Counted from the stretch's first letter, positions 38,301 through 51,990 are shown. The stretch is DNA of 64,000 bases from Tubiluchus corallicola (GCA_030141605.1 JAQGDQ010002366.1:380660-444659); one strand, 5' to 3'. Numbers and translations are program-made. Notes: a model not told the origin generated them from the letters alone.

Positions 38301-38367
38301 TGAACTCAGAAACAATGTTCCGAATTACAGGAATTACTTGGAAAATTTTTTATTTCCCGAACAATAA
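35303..38367 (+). CDS. Secreted single-domain von Willebrand factor type C (SVWC/Vago-like) protein, paralog A, 4 exons, 152 aa
   Basis: Exons 35303-35387, 35925-36066, 37583-37714, 38268-38367 (GT-AG, phases 1,2,2). Protein: MFTKVVFGLMVIYTFCEVARG (signal peptide-like) ATFFDNRGCFDRNNRELEEGDEWYPEGVCQRCECN...KYASCYSCGKVAPIWQIGCYMTRFKEKTYPECCDVILCEGDDEWNEDHYLRYLQYNMWRHLDELRNNVPNYRNYLENFLFPEQ. The YPxCC motif is an SVWC hallmark. AATAAA at 38495. Confidence 0.85.
36740..37150 (-). mobile_element. Short 5'-truncated RTE LINE fragment in intron 2 of SVWC paralog A, 12-bp TSD
   Basis: Minus-strand GRPKKRFKDSLKASLKEF...LAQDRSAWRSAIT*...CAKCQRSLKARIGLVSHL, a (CAT)n tail, and TSD ACACTTATATGT at 36728-36739 and 37151-37162. 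Confidence 0.85.
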
Positions 38368-40454
38368 GTTCAACTGAAAATGATTATGTAGAGCTTAATA
38401 ACTCTTATGGTTACGTTTTGTAATGTTTGTGACTAAATGGTTCTGAAATGTAATTTTACTCTTAGCACTAATATACTTAACTACAGAAGTGTTCAATAAA
38501 TAGCTCGTTTTCTAGCTTAATACGTTCTTCAGCACTTATAAACTAACTGTGCAAATATTTGTGAAAGAGCAAATTCAAAATTTGTCCCAAAGGGTTCATA
38601 TTACCCCGCTTCACCGTAATAATGATGTAAGGTCGAAAAAATGAAGTCAACTTTAAGTAATTTTCATTAAGACTGGGCAAATATTAGCACACATGTACGA
38701 TAATTAAACAAAATTCTAAACATTCACTGGTTATGTAACGTTATTTGCTTCTGTAGTAACGGTTAGGAGGATATTCAAAATATTAGATATAGATTCAGGT
38801 ATTTTTCTTTGAAAAAAACTTCGCATAATTTTTCCATTTCATAGATAGATAGATATTTTATAACAATGTATGTACCGTTGATTTTTATGCAGTGTTTAAA
38901 AATCAGTTTTGTACGACGTCCAAACGATGGTCGAGATTGATTCGTCATCTCTAATGTGAAAAGTTCAGGATTAAAAAGTCACACCTCAGGTCATCAATGT
39001 GACCTTCCGCCAATATCAATAACACGTGCACATTCCACGTAGTGTCTCACTAGCACATTTGGTCTATGTAACCTTAAATAAATACAGTGCCAGACGTTAA
39101 GCTAAGCTGTAGTAAATTTATAGTTTTAATGTGTTACGCTAATATAATTATTGCTGATTCTGTAATCTCGTTCGCAGTCTCAGTATAACATCAATTTTTA
39201 AACTCTTGGTCAAAATTACCTGTAGCAGTTATTCAAAATTTTGTTCATTAACTTCACTGAAAATAGTTTGAAATATTCATAGAAACAATAATTAGAATAA
39301 AAATTTGCAGGCTTTTTACAACTGCTGTCTAATGAGTTTACATCGGTGTTGATGACTATATATTATTTAATCTTTTTGACTAAATTTTCTTCTGACACAT
39401 ATACGTGAATTTCATTTCTTGAATGATTTCTCACTGAAAATGTATTATGACTAAATTTGATGAGAAAATTTAGTCACAAAAATCTGTAATTCATTTGATT
39501 TTGCAATAATCACGGCTTCAAATTAATGGCAATTTGTAGTACGCATCAATGACAATATAACATACTTTGTCAAATAAAGTGGTAGGCCTAAACCAAACTT
39601 GAGAAATTTTCCTTGAATCTTTTAGAACCGATGCCTCTCCGGGAGACCTCCTTGTCAACCGCAACAGTAATAAAGATGACCAGAGTTGATAGTAGCCAGC
39701 ACATCTAGCTTATATTAGTTTTTACGAAGTCTTTATTAACAGCAATAAAACATGACAGTAATTATTAATCTTCTCTGTGAAGTCTTCGCAGCAGTTCATA
39801 TAAAAAGCAAAACCTGGCTTCAGTTGACTTGAGTGGCTTCAGGATGGAACGGCTTTTGCAAATAATAATTTTAGTTTCTGGCAATATTTCGCATTATATT
39901 CCATGAAAATTATATACTATAATGGCGTGTATGCTTGTTTATTTAGTTTTCTTGATATCATTGTTGCTATTAAACTGTTTAAGCTAGAGTATCTATATGA
40001 CTATATTACATTCCATTATGTACGATATGCACTTTTATATTCTGAGAAAATTTTTACCTCGCCCAAATGCAATATTTAATCAATGATCACTCAGCGCGTC
40101 TAAACATATTGTGTTTATGTCCTAACATATCAGCACCAAATAAAATGGAAGGTTTATTTATTGAATTTATTGAAACTGCCGAATTTTTGTATGTGACAGG
40201 TTTCGAGTGACACATGTATGGCTACATTTTATGCGTTTATCTTTGGCCGAGATGCAGAAAAGTTTTATCAACTAAGTTCAATCTTACATAGAGACCTAGA
40301 GTTGAACTCGGTTGCGGTTCCTTCTCACACTCGATTTAAGACATTTAATTGATAGATAGTGCTACTACTGATCAATGAAATACCTACTTTTTAACAGTGC
40401 ATAAATACCTAAAAAGTTGTATTACTTCTTGGAAATAATAATTTCCATTTTCCA

Positions 40455-40585
40455 ACAGCCTTACGTGGAATTCCCATGTGAACCAAATCATTTCAAAAGC
40501 AATGCATCGCATTGGCATGAATAAGAGTTGTATTATATGGAGCAATGCAGCTGTAATTATACTTCTTTATAAAGCTGTTGTTCTG
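40455..40585 (+). mobile_element. Short CR1/L2-type LINE RT C-terminal relic
   Basis: Peptide LTWNSHVNQIISKAMHRIGMNKSC...LLYKAVV matches the CR1-like pattern LxWxxHIxxIxxKAxxxLG...LYKxLV. Confidence 0.55.
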
Positions 40586-41377
40586 TTGTTCGACTCATTT
40601 TGGAATACGCGTCGGTTGTATACTTTGTTGGAATACTTTGTGAACTGCTTAAAAATAATTAGTGGAAACTCTATTTTGATAAAGACAGACTTTTCATAGG
40701 CCTCACAGAATTCTTCGTTGTCATAAGTCTAAGTTATTTGTGTAACCAGCTAGAACGAACATCAAATCTCACTTCTTTGGGCTTCGTATACATGTAGTTG
40801 ATCCGTGGAATCGCCTTTCATCACCAACCGTCTTGATATTGATATTATATATATTATATATTTGTATTGTTTATTTAGGCACAAAAGTACAATAATGAAA
40901 AAGTAAAAAAAGCATATAAAGAGCATGAACAATATTAAGCCATCACTAGCGTGTAGAGAACTGAGAGAGGATCTCTTACAGATAGTTACCATCTGGATGC
41001 TTAAATATATATATACATTTTTATTTATTTGGATAAGGTATTGAATAAGGTAGAATTTGAACTCGTAGTAATCTGTCTTTCGTATTAAATGTACTACACT
41101 TTGTGCGTCAGATACAATGCATTCCAGTTTTTAGAGCAAAATTCTTTTTTGAATGAATTGTACAAAAGAACAAAACTAATCAGCGCATTGCAGTACTGAG
41201 TTGTTTTGAATTTATATCTTCTGATCACAATTTAGCCAAGTGTCTTCAACTATAACAGTTCATTTATATGTGATTACATTTTTAATTACATTTTCATTTG
41301 TTTTACGATCGACTCATGATCATACGTCGATGTTGTGTAATAAAATTTTATATTTCAAGACGTAGAAGCAGTTCACA

Positions 41378-44300
41378 ATGATCGTGAAAATCATTTTTGG
41401 AGCGCTGATGAACTTTGCTTTTTGCGAAATTGTTTTAGGTGCTACGTACCTAAAACAAGGTAAGTTAAAAATAAAGCGTATGCTGTAACACTGTAATCCA
41501 GCATTATCCTATTTGTACTGGCTTTAAGGATTTGCATCAAAAACGAGATTTATGTATGGAAACGTCATGCAAATGAGGATTTGATTAATTAATACCTTTT
41601 TAGCTAATTTTTGGCACAGAATACACGTTGATGTTAAGACCGAACGTGAGAAACGTTTCGAGAAATCTAATGACTTAAAAACAACGCTAATTTATAGGGT
41701 GCTTTGACAGCAATAACAATGAGATGGAGGTTGAAGATAAATGGTTCCCCGAGGGAGTCTGTCAGCGTTGTCAGTGTCACTCATTTCCTAACAGAGACGA
41801 GCCATCAAAAATGCAGAAATATACATCATGCTACAGGTAATGCTACATGCTGTGGCATTGACGACGACAACTACAAAATATCAGTAACAGCAGCAGCAGC
41901 AGCAGCGGTATTTTACTATTACCACCAAAAGCACCTTGGCCTGTGCTGTCGTCTGCACGTACGAAACTTGATTCAGGGAAAATTTTAGCGACTGGAGACG
42001 TACATCCCATTTCATAAGAGTAATTGTAGTGAAAGACAGCACCAACTGATAGAGGTGCAAAACAATACTTATTTTAGTATTATTTAAACTCTTTCGGCAA
42101 GTGAGTCGAAGTGACGTCATCATCAAGACCCGATTTTATAAAATTTCGTAGAATCGTGAAATCATAAAATCGTATTATGAGAGCACTCTTAAAATCGGTA
42201 ATATTGTAATACCACTTACTGATTGACATGATTAAATCATCATATCATATAATGGTAGACATGTAACCATGTACGTTCAAAATTAACCCCATGACCAATC
42301 TTAGCTGCATTACCGACAAAGTATACCTACCAGGCTTACCACAGCAAATACATTTTGATTCTGATTTATTTGCATTTTGCATTTTTATGCCCACTTAAGA
42401 TTGTGCTTGTGCATACTTTTGAAAAACCACCATTGCAGCAAAAATAAAGACAACAGAAATTAACATAACATAAATAAAAATATCCTAGATTCCAGTCCTG
42501 GCACACTTTAACTAATGCCTTAATGCTTCATTAGATCATATTAGAGAAAATTAGTTTAGTTATGTTTTATATTTACACACTACGGCGTCCACTCAAATTG
42601 TAGATCTTTCAAGTTTGGTCTTACATGATTTTGAGTACTCGGTTACAAAATTTTAAGTTCGTTTTCAACACCACTGCAACTGCACTAGATAATTTGAAAT
42701 TTAGTCACTGTCACATTAGAATTCATTCCATTTCTCACTGTAATCATTACATTTTTATTTTTTGTTTTCTTGAATTATAGTTTGCCGGTTCTGATCCCTG
42801 GTGATTCCGTTATTCGCTTGAAAGCGCTTGGATACTAATCAAATAATTATGGGTTCCACCTCTAACTGTTGGTGATGTCTTTTACTACTATTATGCCATT
42901 AAAAATTTGGCAACTTGAAAAGCAATTAGACCGCTCTATAATATGCCAGATTTTTTAGTAGTTTACAATATGGTGGGCCAATCAGAAAACAGAAAACTTT
43001 GCACTACTTTAACGGTTAGTATAAGATTATAGCACTAAGATGAAGGTTAATACTAATCTTTATGCATGTTTATGGAAACCAACACTATTGTTTATTCTCT
43101 TTTCAACCCCCACCCCTATTTGATTAGCGTTTTGACCTTTAAAATTTTAACTCTGTTACTCAAATGTGCTCTGCTTAACAAATTAAAACACAGGTTTAAA
43201 CAACTGAGGGAATTTTTCATTTTGACATAAGATATATGACGACACAAACGTACAACAGTTTTTTAGGCTCAACAACGACTAATTGCTAAAAATAATTTGC
43301 TTTTTGTTATTCGTAATAAATTTTTACAGCTCATATAAATGCACGGCCGATCGGCATAATTTCGTTTTGTGTGGCAACCGTTTTGAAAACGGGGGCCATT
43401 TTTAAAATGAAAGCAGCATGAATCATAAATGGATTGCTTAGGTCCAAGTACACTTGAAGAGATTTCATAAATGCTTTTTACTATTAATTTTCTGTGAATC
43501 ATTTTAATTTACATAGTTTGTGCAAAAACTTAACAACCATTTAGTCTTTTGCGCTTTTGACTTTTTTCCGCAAACTTTTCAAAACGGCAACAGTTTTTTC
43601 GGATTTACCATAGTCAAACTGATAAGACTGGCCGAACTTTAAAAAATTCACTTAGAACTTTATAAAAGCAAGTTTTCAGAATTTTCTATTATAACGCCTA
43701 AACTCGCGTTTATGCGGCATCCGGATGCGGACGCGTATGCGCTTTCCACCTGCAGAACAGCCTGCCGATAAAAAATCAATAAGAATAGCCGCAGAAAAAG
43801 AATAAGAGTGTATTAAACCGATTTATCTATTCCGCACCCCCCCTTCCCCAAACGCATTCGCATCGGGATGCTGCATAAATATCACTTAACACCTTTTACA
43901 ACCATAACGCTTACTATTTACTATTTCTTTTTACTATTCTTAAGATTACTCATAGTTATTCATCTTCGAAATATTTTCAAAATTTGTGTATCGATGGCAC
44001 AAGTTTTGCCAGTTTTCGGAATGAGCGCCATTGCAATTAGAGCACCAATACAATTACAAAAGCAGCATTAGCAAATCTCCAGTAGTTATGAATATAACTT
44101 TGGATATAAATAGGCAATTCAATTGTAATTTTTAAACCATTGCAATAAAAAACACCATTACATTAAAAAACAATCACATGATCGGATTTACTTAGTAACA
44201 GCAAATGCCATTACGATTCAATAAGTAACTGCAAGATTATTTGGTTTAAATAAAGTTACCTTACTAAAATAATTACAAAAACTAAATGAATAAGTTAAAA

Positions 44301-46982
44301 TAATGTTGATGTGGATGCACTGTCTGTATGTACTACCTAAAGATATTCTGCATTGTTTATTTGTTTTACACAGTACTTTGTGTATTGATTTACACCTAAA
44401 ATAAAAATAAACAATTAAAAAAGGTCGTAGATGCGCCTAGAGCTTGACTTACAACTACAAGCAGAAAACAATAAACCAGCCAACGAATAGCACATTAACC
44501 AGAACAAGCTTTGGAGCAGGTCAGTTCTGCTACTGTTACTCTTACTTTCGTCAGTTTTGAATGGACATGTGATGAATTCTGTCTCAAAATAGAAAAAATA
44601 TAAAGGAAGTTGCCAAACCTGCCACCAAAAGATGCAAAATCCAAGACGGAAATAAAATTTAGCTACACTTCTAAAAATTCGTTATTTATATACCTTATGG
44701 CATAAGGAAAGACATATCCAGTGAACATAAAACAGATCACAAAATCAAAAAACTAAATCATACAGGCCGGTGTCAGAGGATGGTCCTATACCACCAAAAC
44801 GTAACTTCAATTTAAATGGACTTTAAATTACCTTTAGATTGATTAAAATCAGCTTAGATGGCAGTGGCATACTTTTTTTGGTCACATTCACACAATTCTG
44901 ATTTGAGTGCGCCAACCAAAAAAGTTTATTTTAATACATAAATATAAGATAAAAACTGTTGCATTTTGCCACATTTTAGCAAAACTAGAACTCAGTTACA
45001 GCCAGAATTTTGAGCATAACCCTAAAGCTATGAACACTTGCTCAGGCTTCACAGCAACTATTATTTCAGAGTAGGAAAAGAATATGCAGGTATGCACTCA
45101 CTGGACCATACAATTATGTTACAGGCTAAATAAGCTAGTAGAAATCTTACGAAACTAGAATTAGATGGCAACAGTTTCCAACAACTGCACAAATAGCTAA
45201 CTCCCACAATAAACTCCCATGTAATATAAAATGTTATTTCTTTTTCAGCTGTGGTAAGATGGCACCAATTAATAAACCCGGTTGTTATACAACAAGATTC
45301 ACTGAAAAACGCTACCCAGACTGTTGCGATGTTATATTATGCAAAGACCGTGATGCAATGTGGAATAAAGAGGATTACATTAGGTTTGAGTTTAATTTTG
45401 ACATTGCCTTGAAATTAGTTTCTTTGCAAATAGTACACGAGGTTCTTATCACATGGATGTAATTCTGTTGTGTTAGTAATTTGTGGTTGTGCTAATGAAT
45501 GTATTTTTGTTGCGTTTGTGTTACTTAATGCTAGCTGAGCTTGCAAATGTAGTTCTCATGAGCTTGTGCTTATGCTAATTAGCGCTGCTTGTGATTGGGC
45601 TAATTATTGTTGATTGTGCGTGTAGACGTGGTTTTGTTTCACTGGTTATTGTTGATTGTGCGTGTAGACGTGGTTTTGTTTCGCTGGTTATTGTTGATTG
45701 TGCGTGTAGACGTGGTTTTGTTTCGCTGGTTATTGTTGATTGTGCGTGTAGACGTGGTTTTGTTTCGCTGGTTATTGTTGGTTGTGCTTGTGGATTTAGA
45801 TTTTAGAAAAATGGGCCATTTCGGTCAGATGGAAGAAACACTTTGACACCCTTCTTAATCAACCTGTCTACTGGTAATGTCACTGCTGTGCCAATTAATG
45901 CAAATATTGACTCAGAATAGATCCCAGAACACAATTTTATGAGCTCACAACGCTTGCTCTCTTTGGTAGCACTGCATTGACAAAAAAGCTGCTGTCTTTT
46001 TTCACTTTGTACTGGAATCTAAAACGTTTCAAAGATGCTCGAATAGTGACAGTTTACAATTAACACAGGCAGTCAGAGACGATGTAATGGTCAACGTTTT
46101 TATCTGTTGTAAACAACCAACGGTTTAAATACAGTATGACATGAATACCCCAAGTTTTCATCGACCACGACGACTATCTGCTTCTAGTTATTAATGTGCT
46201 TGTAGATAACATAGTCCATTTGTCCTTGTGCTAGTTATTGATGATTGTGCTAGTGAATTCAGTTTTGTTATGTTTGTGTCGGTTATTGTTTGTTGTGCTG
46301 GTAATGTAGTTCTGCTGTGTTTGGCCTAATCGTTGGTTTACTGCTGAGTTGTGCTTGTACTAAATATTGGTGGTCGAGCTTGTGAATGTATTTCTGCTGT
46401 GCTTGTGCTAGTTATTGATAGTTGCGCTTGTGCTAGTTTGCTAGTTATTGCTGGTTGTGCAATAATTCTCTTGTGCTTGTGCTGATTTATTGTAGCTTGT
46501 ATTTCGCTACATGCTGCTTGGTCCACTTGTAATGTTGTTTACCTTTGGATATTAAATTTTTATTCACTCTTATAGTATGCCATCGACGAACAGTTATAAG
46601 TTTCAGTAAATTAATGCGAAGTGCGATTCACAGTCTCTTATAGAATTTATTTTACATTTCATCTAATTTTCGTTTGTTGAAAAAGTTTCGAAGCAATTTA
46701 TTGCTTTATTTTAAATTAACAGTTAAAATAATTAAAAATAAACCCGTCAGATGCATTTCGTTTCAGTAGTTTCTACTTGCTAAGTCTTCTAGTCAGAAAT
46801 AACTTTATCAAAATTTAATAAAATTCATATTGCCATTCAAGATTTTTGATACCTGACAGCAAACTATGGAAAATGTAATGTTGTATCTCTAAATTTTTTG
46901 GTATGCTGCTATGTTCTTGTTTTCTTTGTTTTACAGGTATCTAGAGAACACTATCGCAACATTTGGACCAGATGAAAACTAA
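41378..46982 (+). CDS. Secreted SVWC/Vago-like protein, paralog B, 4 exons, 133 aa (frameshift-shortened C-terminal tail)
   Basis: Exons 41378-41459, 41698-41836, 45249-45383, 46937-46982, with the same phases as paralog A. Protein: MIVKIIFGALMNFAFCEIVLGATYLKQGCFDSNNNEMEVEDKWFPEGVCQRCQCH...KYTSCYSCGKMAPINKPGCYTTRFTEKRYPDCCDVILCKDRDAMWNKEDYIRYLENTIATFGPDEN. All 10 mature Cys are conserved with paralog A. Confidence 0.83.
43709..43879. mobile_element. MITE with ~28-bp inverted repeats (possibly PIF/Harbinger-type) in intron 2 of paralog B
   Basis: Left end TTTATGCGGCATCCGGATGCGGACGCGT versus the reverse complement of the right end TTTATGCAGCATCCCGATGCGAATGCGT. TAA triplets lie close outside both ends. 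Confidence 0.6.
45604..45790 (+). repeat. 42-bp tandem repeat, ~4.5 copies
   Basis: Unit TTATTGTTGATTGTGCGTGTAGACGTGGTTTTGTTTCGCTGG. Confidence 0.95.
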
Positions 46983-48152
46983 TATTGCAAATTTCAAAAA
47001 ACCATACAGAGTTTTTCGTTAGTTTAATACATCTAACTAAAAAGCAGGTTTTTTACCTTTTACTTGCAGAAATTAGGCGTATATTTATTTACCATTAATG
47101 ATACTGCGATTTGATCCTAAACAACGTAACAAGTTAAAAATGTCAGACAATATATAAACCTAATCCCACTTTGTCTAGCAAGAACGAGTTTTCACCTCTT
47201 CGCGTTTATTGGCAAATTAACAAGCGTTAACAAACAAATGGGAATCAAATCACGAAACGAAAAAATATAGTAACTGTATTGTCACAGTCACAGTTCAAGT
47301 GAAAATTTGGCCTGTATTGTAATTGTTACAACCTTACTAGACCAGTTGCGTAGCACAATAACACTGTTAATAAGTGTCCTGTTGGTATTTGTAATATAGT
47401 AATCTTTTTCGTGTTCAATAAAACTATTTAGCTCTCACTCATTATTACAACTGTTTTCCACGTTAATTTTTGTACAGGAAAGTTTACAGCAACAAAGCTC
47501 CGGTCCCCAAACGACATAAAAAGTGATCTAATTTATTTTATGTGTCTGCATATAATTACAATTTTTATTTAAAGGAAAATGATTCCATATTGAGCTATAG
47601 GCCCAATAGCTCAAAAGCAATCTACCTATAAAATATTGAAATGGAACATATTATTTTTTCAAGAATAACTGACGTGAAAGAATTAGAACCGCGAAACTAA
47701 TTTTGCGTTCGCGCAGCTAGTTCTTCCCTGTTACATGCATTCATCATTCGCTAGTTAGGGCCTATTTACACGGTGTGTCATAGGCGTGCGTGTGTCGACC
47801 AGTGCTGTGTCAAATGTAGATTTATTTTCCAACTGTTTAGTGTCTCTTACGATGTGTAGTATCTTTGTAGATAAATTACCACAGTAGTATTACTAGTGTA
47901 GAACTCCAAAATACTGCTTATTTTTCAATCCCATTGAATGATTTATAAAAGGAACAAAACTTCAACAGTTAATATAAATAAAGTTAAATCACACAATCAG
48001 ATACTGATTAATGTTGTGTATATCATATTTGCGATACCTGATATCAATGTTGCCCAATTGACGTCAAACATATTGGTCTATCGCTCCGCCTCCGCTGCAC
48101 GTCAGCACGCTAGGCGGCATTCGGCACAACAGCTCATCTGGACAACAACTGT

Positions 48153-48470
48153 CTGAACTGAACTGAAATGAAATGAACTGAACTGAACTGAACTGAACTG
48201 AACTGAACTGAACTGAACTGAACTGAACTGAACTGAACTGAACTGAACTGAACTGAACTGAACTGAACTGAACTGGAACCGAAACTGAAACTGAAACTGG
48301 AACTGGAACTGGAACTGAAACTGGAACTGGAACTGGAACTGAAACTGGAACTGGAACTGAAACTGAAACTGAAACTGAAACTGGAACTGGAACTGGAACT
48401 GGAACTGGAACTGAACTGAACTGAACTGAACTGAGCTGAACTGAACTAAACTAAACTAAACTAAACTAAA
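48153..48470 (+). repeat. Compound microsatellite (AACTG)n / (GAACTG,AAACTG)n / (AACTA)n
   Basis: Visible directly. Confidence 0.95.
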
Positions 48471-50416
48471 CAACATGACAGTCACATCTAATGTCTAATC
48501 AGCAGATAAACTGATTGCACTTTTCCATAAACGCAAATTTGCAGAGCAGCAGCTATTTTTACACGAAATTAACACTTCAAGTAGCCAAAAATGACTTTCC
48601 AATTTAAACAAAATGTAGAGACGAAGTTTCAAGGCACTACAAAATACAGAGACATAAGTATAATAAAAAAGAAACTTAGCCAGTTAGCCTTGCTTTACAA
48701 TAAATGAGAAACAAAAATATTAAGTCTCTCTTGCCTTTAAACATATCATGACTGCGATATTAACATCATGTGCTCGTCTGTAAGATTTATTCAGTTTTTG
48801 AATTTTTTCCGTTTGTTAGGCTATGGAAATGGAATAAATTTGATTGTTTCATTCCATCGACGACCCTTATATTGAGTTACATAAGTCCCAATGGCATCTT
48901 TTAACCATGACTATAAACAAAAAATAGCGTAAAATTAACTAATATTACATTAATATATAATATCGGTTTTGACCACATTTTAATTAATTTTAACTGTGAA
49001 AATCTGATTGAGGTTTATAAAAACAGGCCAGAAAAGAAAACATTTTGTTTTGACCTTATTTAAAGTTAATCAAGTTGTTTTTACTTAACTTGCAAAGCCA
49101 TAAACAAAACTAAACTGGGTATTTCTTTGATTACAAAATGGTTTAATCAGCAAGTCATAGACATAAGCGTTGTGCATTTCGTCCTATAAACGAAACTAGG
49201 CTATGCATTTCCACCAACTCGCTTGCAATTTCAATTGACAATAATGAAGTCTAGAACCAGGCCAATATTTCTCCCGCTAACTAATGAAAAGTTGAGTATT
49301 TTTCATAACAGTGTTAGACGGAGCTGTAGCTAAATGTCCCGAACATTTATCTACATTAATTAATTAAACGTTAATTAAGCTTTGCAGGAGTGTGAATTAA
49401 CTTGGCACGCTGATTGGGCAGTCAACGAAAATGATTGACGTCATGTTAGACGTCGATTGCTTTGCCACCAGTCCACAGGGGATGCCGTGCTGTTATCAAT
49501 GTTATTATCGTTCTTCGAAGTGAACTGAACACTTGACCATATCTCACTTGCCTGTTCGACAGGACTCCTGCGTCCCGTTTACCGATGTCGCAAGAAATTA
49601 GAACATGCGACTTGTGCATGCGTGTAACGCTTAAGTCATAGAATCGCATCGCATGTACAGTTTACTTGTGCGTTTTTGACGCATGCGTGTGACTCATGTC
49701 ACATTTATCAGAAAGTTTTAAATTAACAAAATTATTATGTGTTTATGTTAAACAATGTTCATGAAATGTACAATGCGATAATTTGCACATGCACTCACCG
49801 CATTTGAAACCCATTGCAAACTTTTACTGTGTGTTTTTGACCTAATCTATGAAACGGTGCACATGAAACCTTGTGCATTTGCAGCTTGTGAAATTCTGCC
49901 AGTTCAATATTTCATCTCAGACGCTTATCTTGATAATGAACTAAGATTTGGTCCTGTCATAAAAGAACATGTAAAAAATTTCGCAATTTCTGGGTAAATG
50001 TTGGCCACAAGATATTCACAAATCTATTTTTTATTCTTATCATCATGATCATCATCGTCATCATCATCGTCATCAACATCATCATCATTATTAAACTTTA
50101 TTTCAATGCTATGAAAATCAATTGAATTTGAAGTGATTATATACAGCAAATTACACAATGCAGTGAGAGGGAGAGAGAAGAAAGGAGAGAAAAAGAAAAG
50201 ATAAAGAAGATGTGAGGGATAGAGAGAGAAAGAAGAGAGAAAGAGAGAGGGGACAGGAGAGGACGAGAAGGAGAGATATTCGGGAGAAATAGAGCAAAAG
50301 AGGAATAGAGAGGGAGAGGGAATAAAGAGAAAGAGGGATAAGTGACATATATTATGGAATAGAACTGCTAACGTACGTTCTGCGTACATGTTTTGTTATT
50401 GTATGAACCTTTCCAT

Positions 50417-50547
<131 letters not shown>

Positions 50548-50965
50548 GTAGGCCAAGAGGCAGAACTGGGTATCTTATGGAGAAAAGGTAACACCGTCTC
50601 TAATTAAATTTATTGTATTGGTGATTTCATTTTACAGTTTAGGCAAAATTTTACAGAATTAAATTTCATAACATCAATAATTATGTGTTATCATCGATTA
50701 ATAGAAAGAGTAGACAATTTATATTGTTACAGACATTATTTTCTTTGGAAATGTTAATATTGTGTATACATTAATCTATAATCATTGCCGTAGACTAGTA
50801 TTTTCCAGTCCATTGAATGATCTTTCCTCCATAAGATGTCCAATCTGCCTTGTGGCCTACAGAGAAAAAGAGGGAGAGAGAGAGAGATCTCGAGAGAGGA
50901 AGAGGGTGCCAGGACGCATGGAAAGGGTAATAAAAATGATAAAAATGATAATGAAAACAATAACC

Positions 50966-50978
50966 AATAATAATAGTA

Positions 50979-51061
<83 letters not shown>
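50966..51061 (+). repeat. (AAT)n microsatellite
   Basis: Visible directly. Confidence 0.98.
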
Positions 51062-51062
<1 letters not shown>

Positions 51063-51374
51063 TATCCATGAAATGTGTCAATCTATATTTCTTGAGTAAT
51101 TGGTCCCATTTTCACTGTTCACTGTTGTACATAGGTATAGTGCTAACGTGTGCATTAAATAATCAAAGTCTTATGTTAAGACTTAATTTCTTTTTAGTTA
51201 ATACCACAGGACTTACGTTGTATTATAAATATTTATGGCTAGTACATTCTCGCGCTAAAGAAAAGTACCAATTGTTTGCTGTCTTCTATTTTTAATATCA
51301 ACTTCAGTGTTTAGAAGAGTGCTCATATATTTACACGTTTTCCCTGACTGTTTACCATCTCTTGCAATACTATT

Positions 51375-51990
51375 TATCGTCATCATCTCTGGAATCACAC
51401 GTCTTCTGACATGAAACTTGCAATCATTTTAGTCCATGCTGCCCTGTCACCTGCAACTTCCCATGTCTCTGTATTGATATCTATATACAATGGCGTGCTG
51501 ATAAGATTTTTTTGGATGAAATTTATGTAAGTCAGCTGTTGCGGTTTCTTTTCTTCTTATAGTCTCCTTTGAAAGCTAATTTCAATGGGCTGTCATATAA
51601 CTTATGTCCTCTCAATCTTCTCCTTTTGATTTTAACTGTCTATTTCCCTGCCTTGACTTTATTATATAGATTTATTCATAGCCTTTTCTTTAGCCATTTT
51701 ATTCCTTGAATGTTTCTGTAGTTTGTTCTTTGAAACGCATCAATTTCTGATTTGTGTTGTGCGTTGATTGTCCATAATTCTAAGTTGTAGAGAAATACCG
51801 TTTCCACAAGTGCAGCAAAGATTCTTAACTTTGTTTCTAGACTGATCGTCTTACTTTCAAAATTTTTTGTTAATTTGGAATATGCAGCTAGTGTTAATAT
51901 TTTTCTTCTTGCTAGATCTTCATCAGTTGCTAGAAGACTGCCTGGGTATTTGCATTTTCTTCAAGCATCATCTCCATTCCTTTTGTGATA
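51375..51990 (-). mobile_element. Degenerate RTE/RTE-X LINE 3' relic
   Basis: Minus-strand peptides RNGDDA*RKCKYPGSLLATDEDLARRK, KLRIFAALVETVFLYNLELWT...IDAFQR, IKRRRLR-GH and VAGDRAAW; short (GAT)n-like tail; many stops. Confidence 0.7.

Noticed and set aside
45591-45846. Repetitive Cys-containing ORFs (VIVDCACRRGFVSL)n
   Set aside because: Artefact of the 42-bp intronic tandem repeat in SVWC paralog B.
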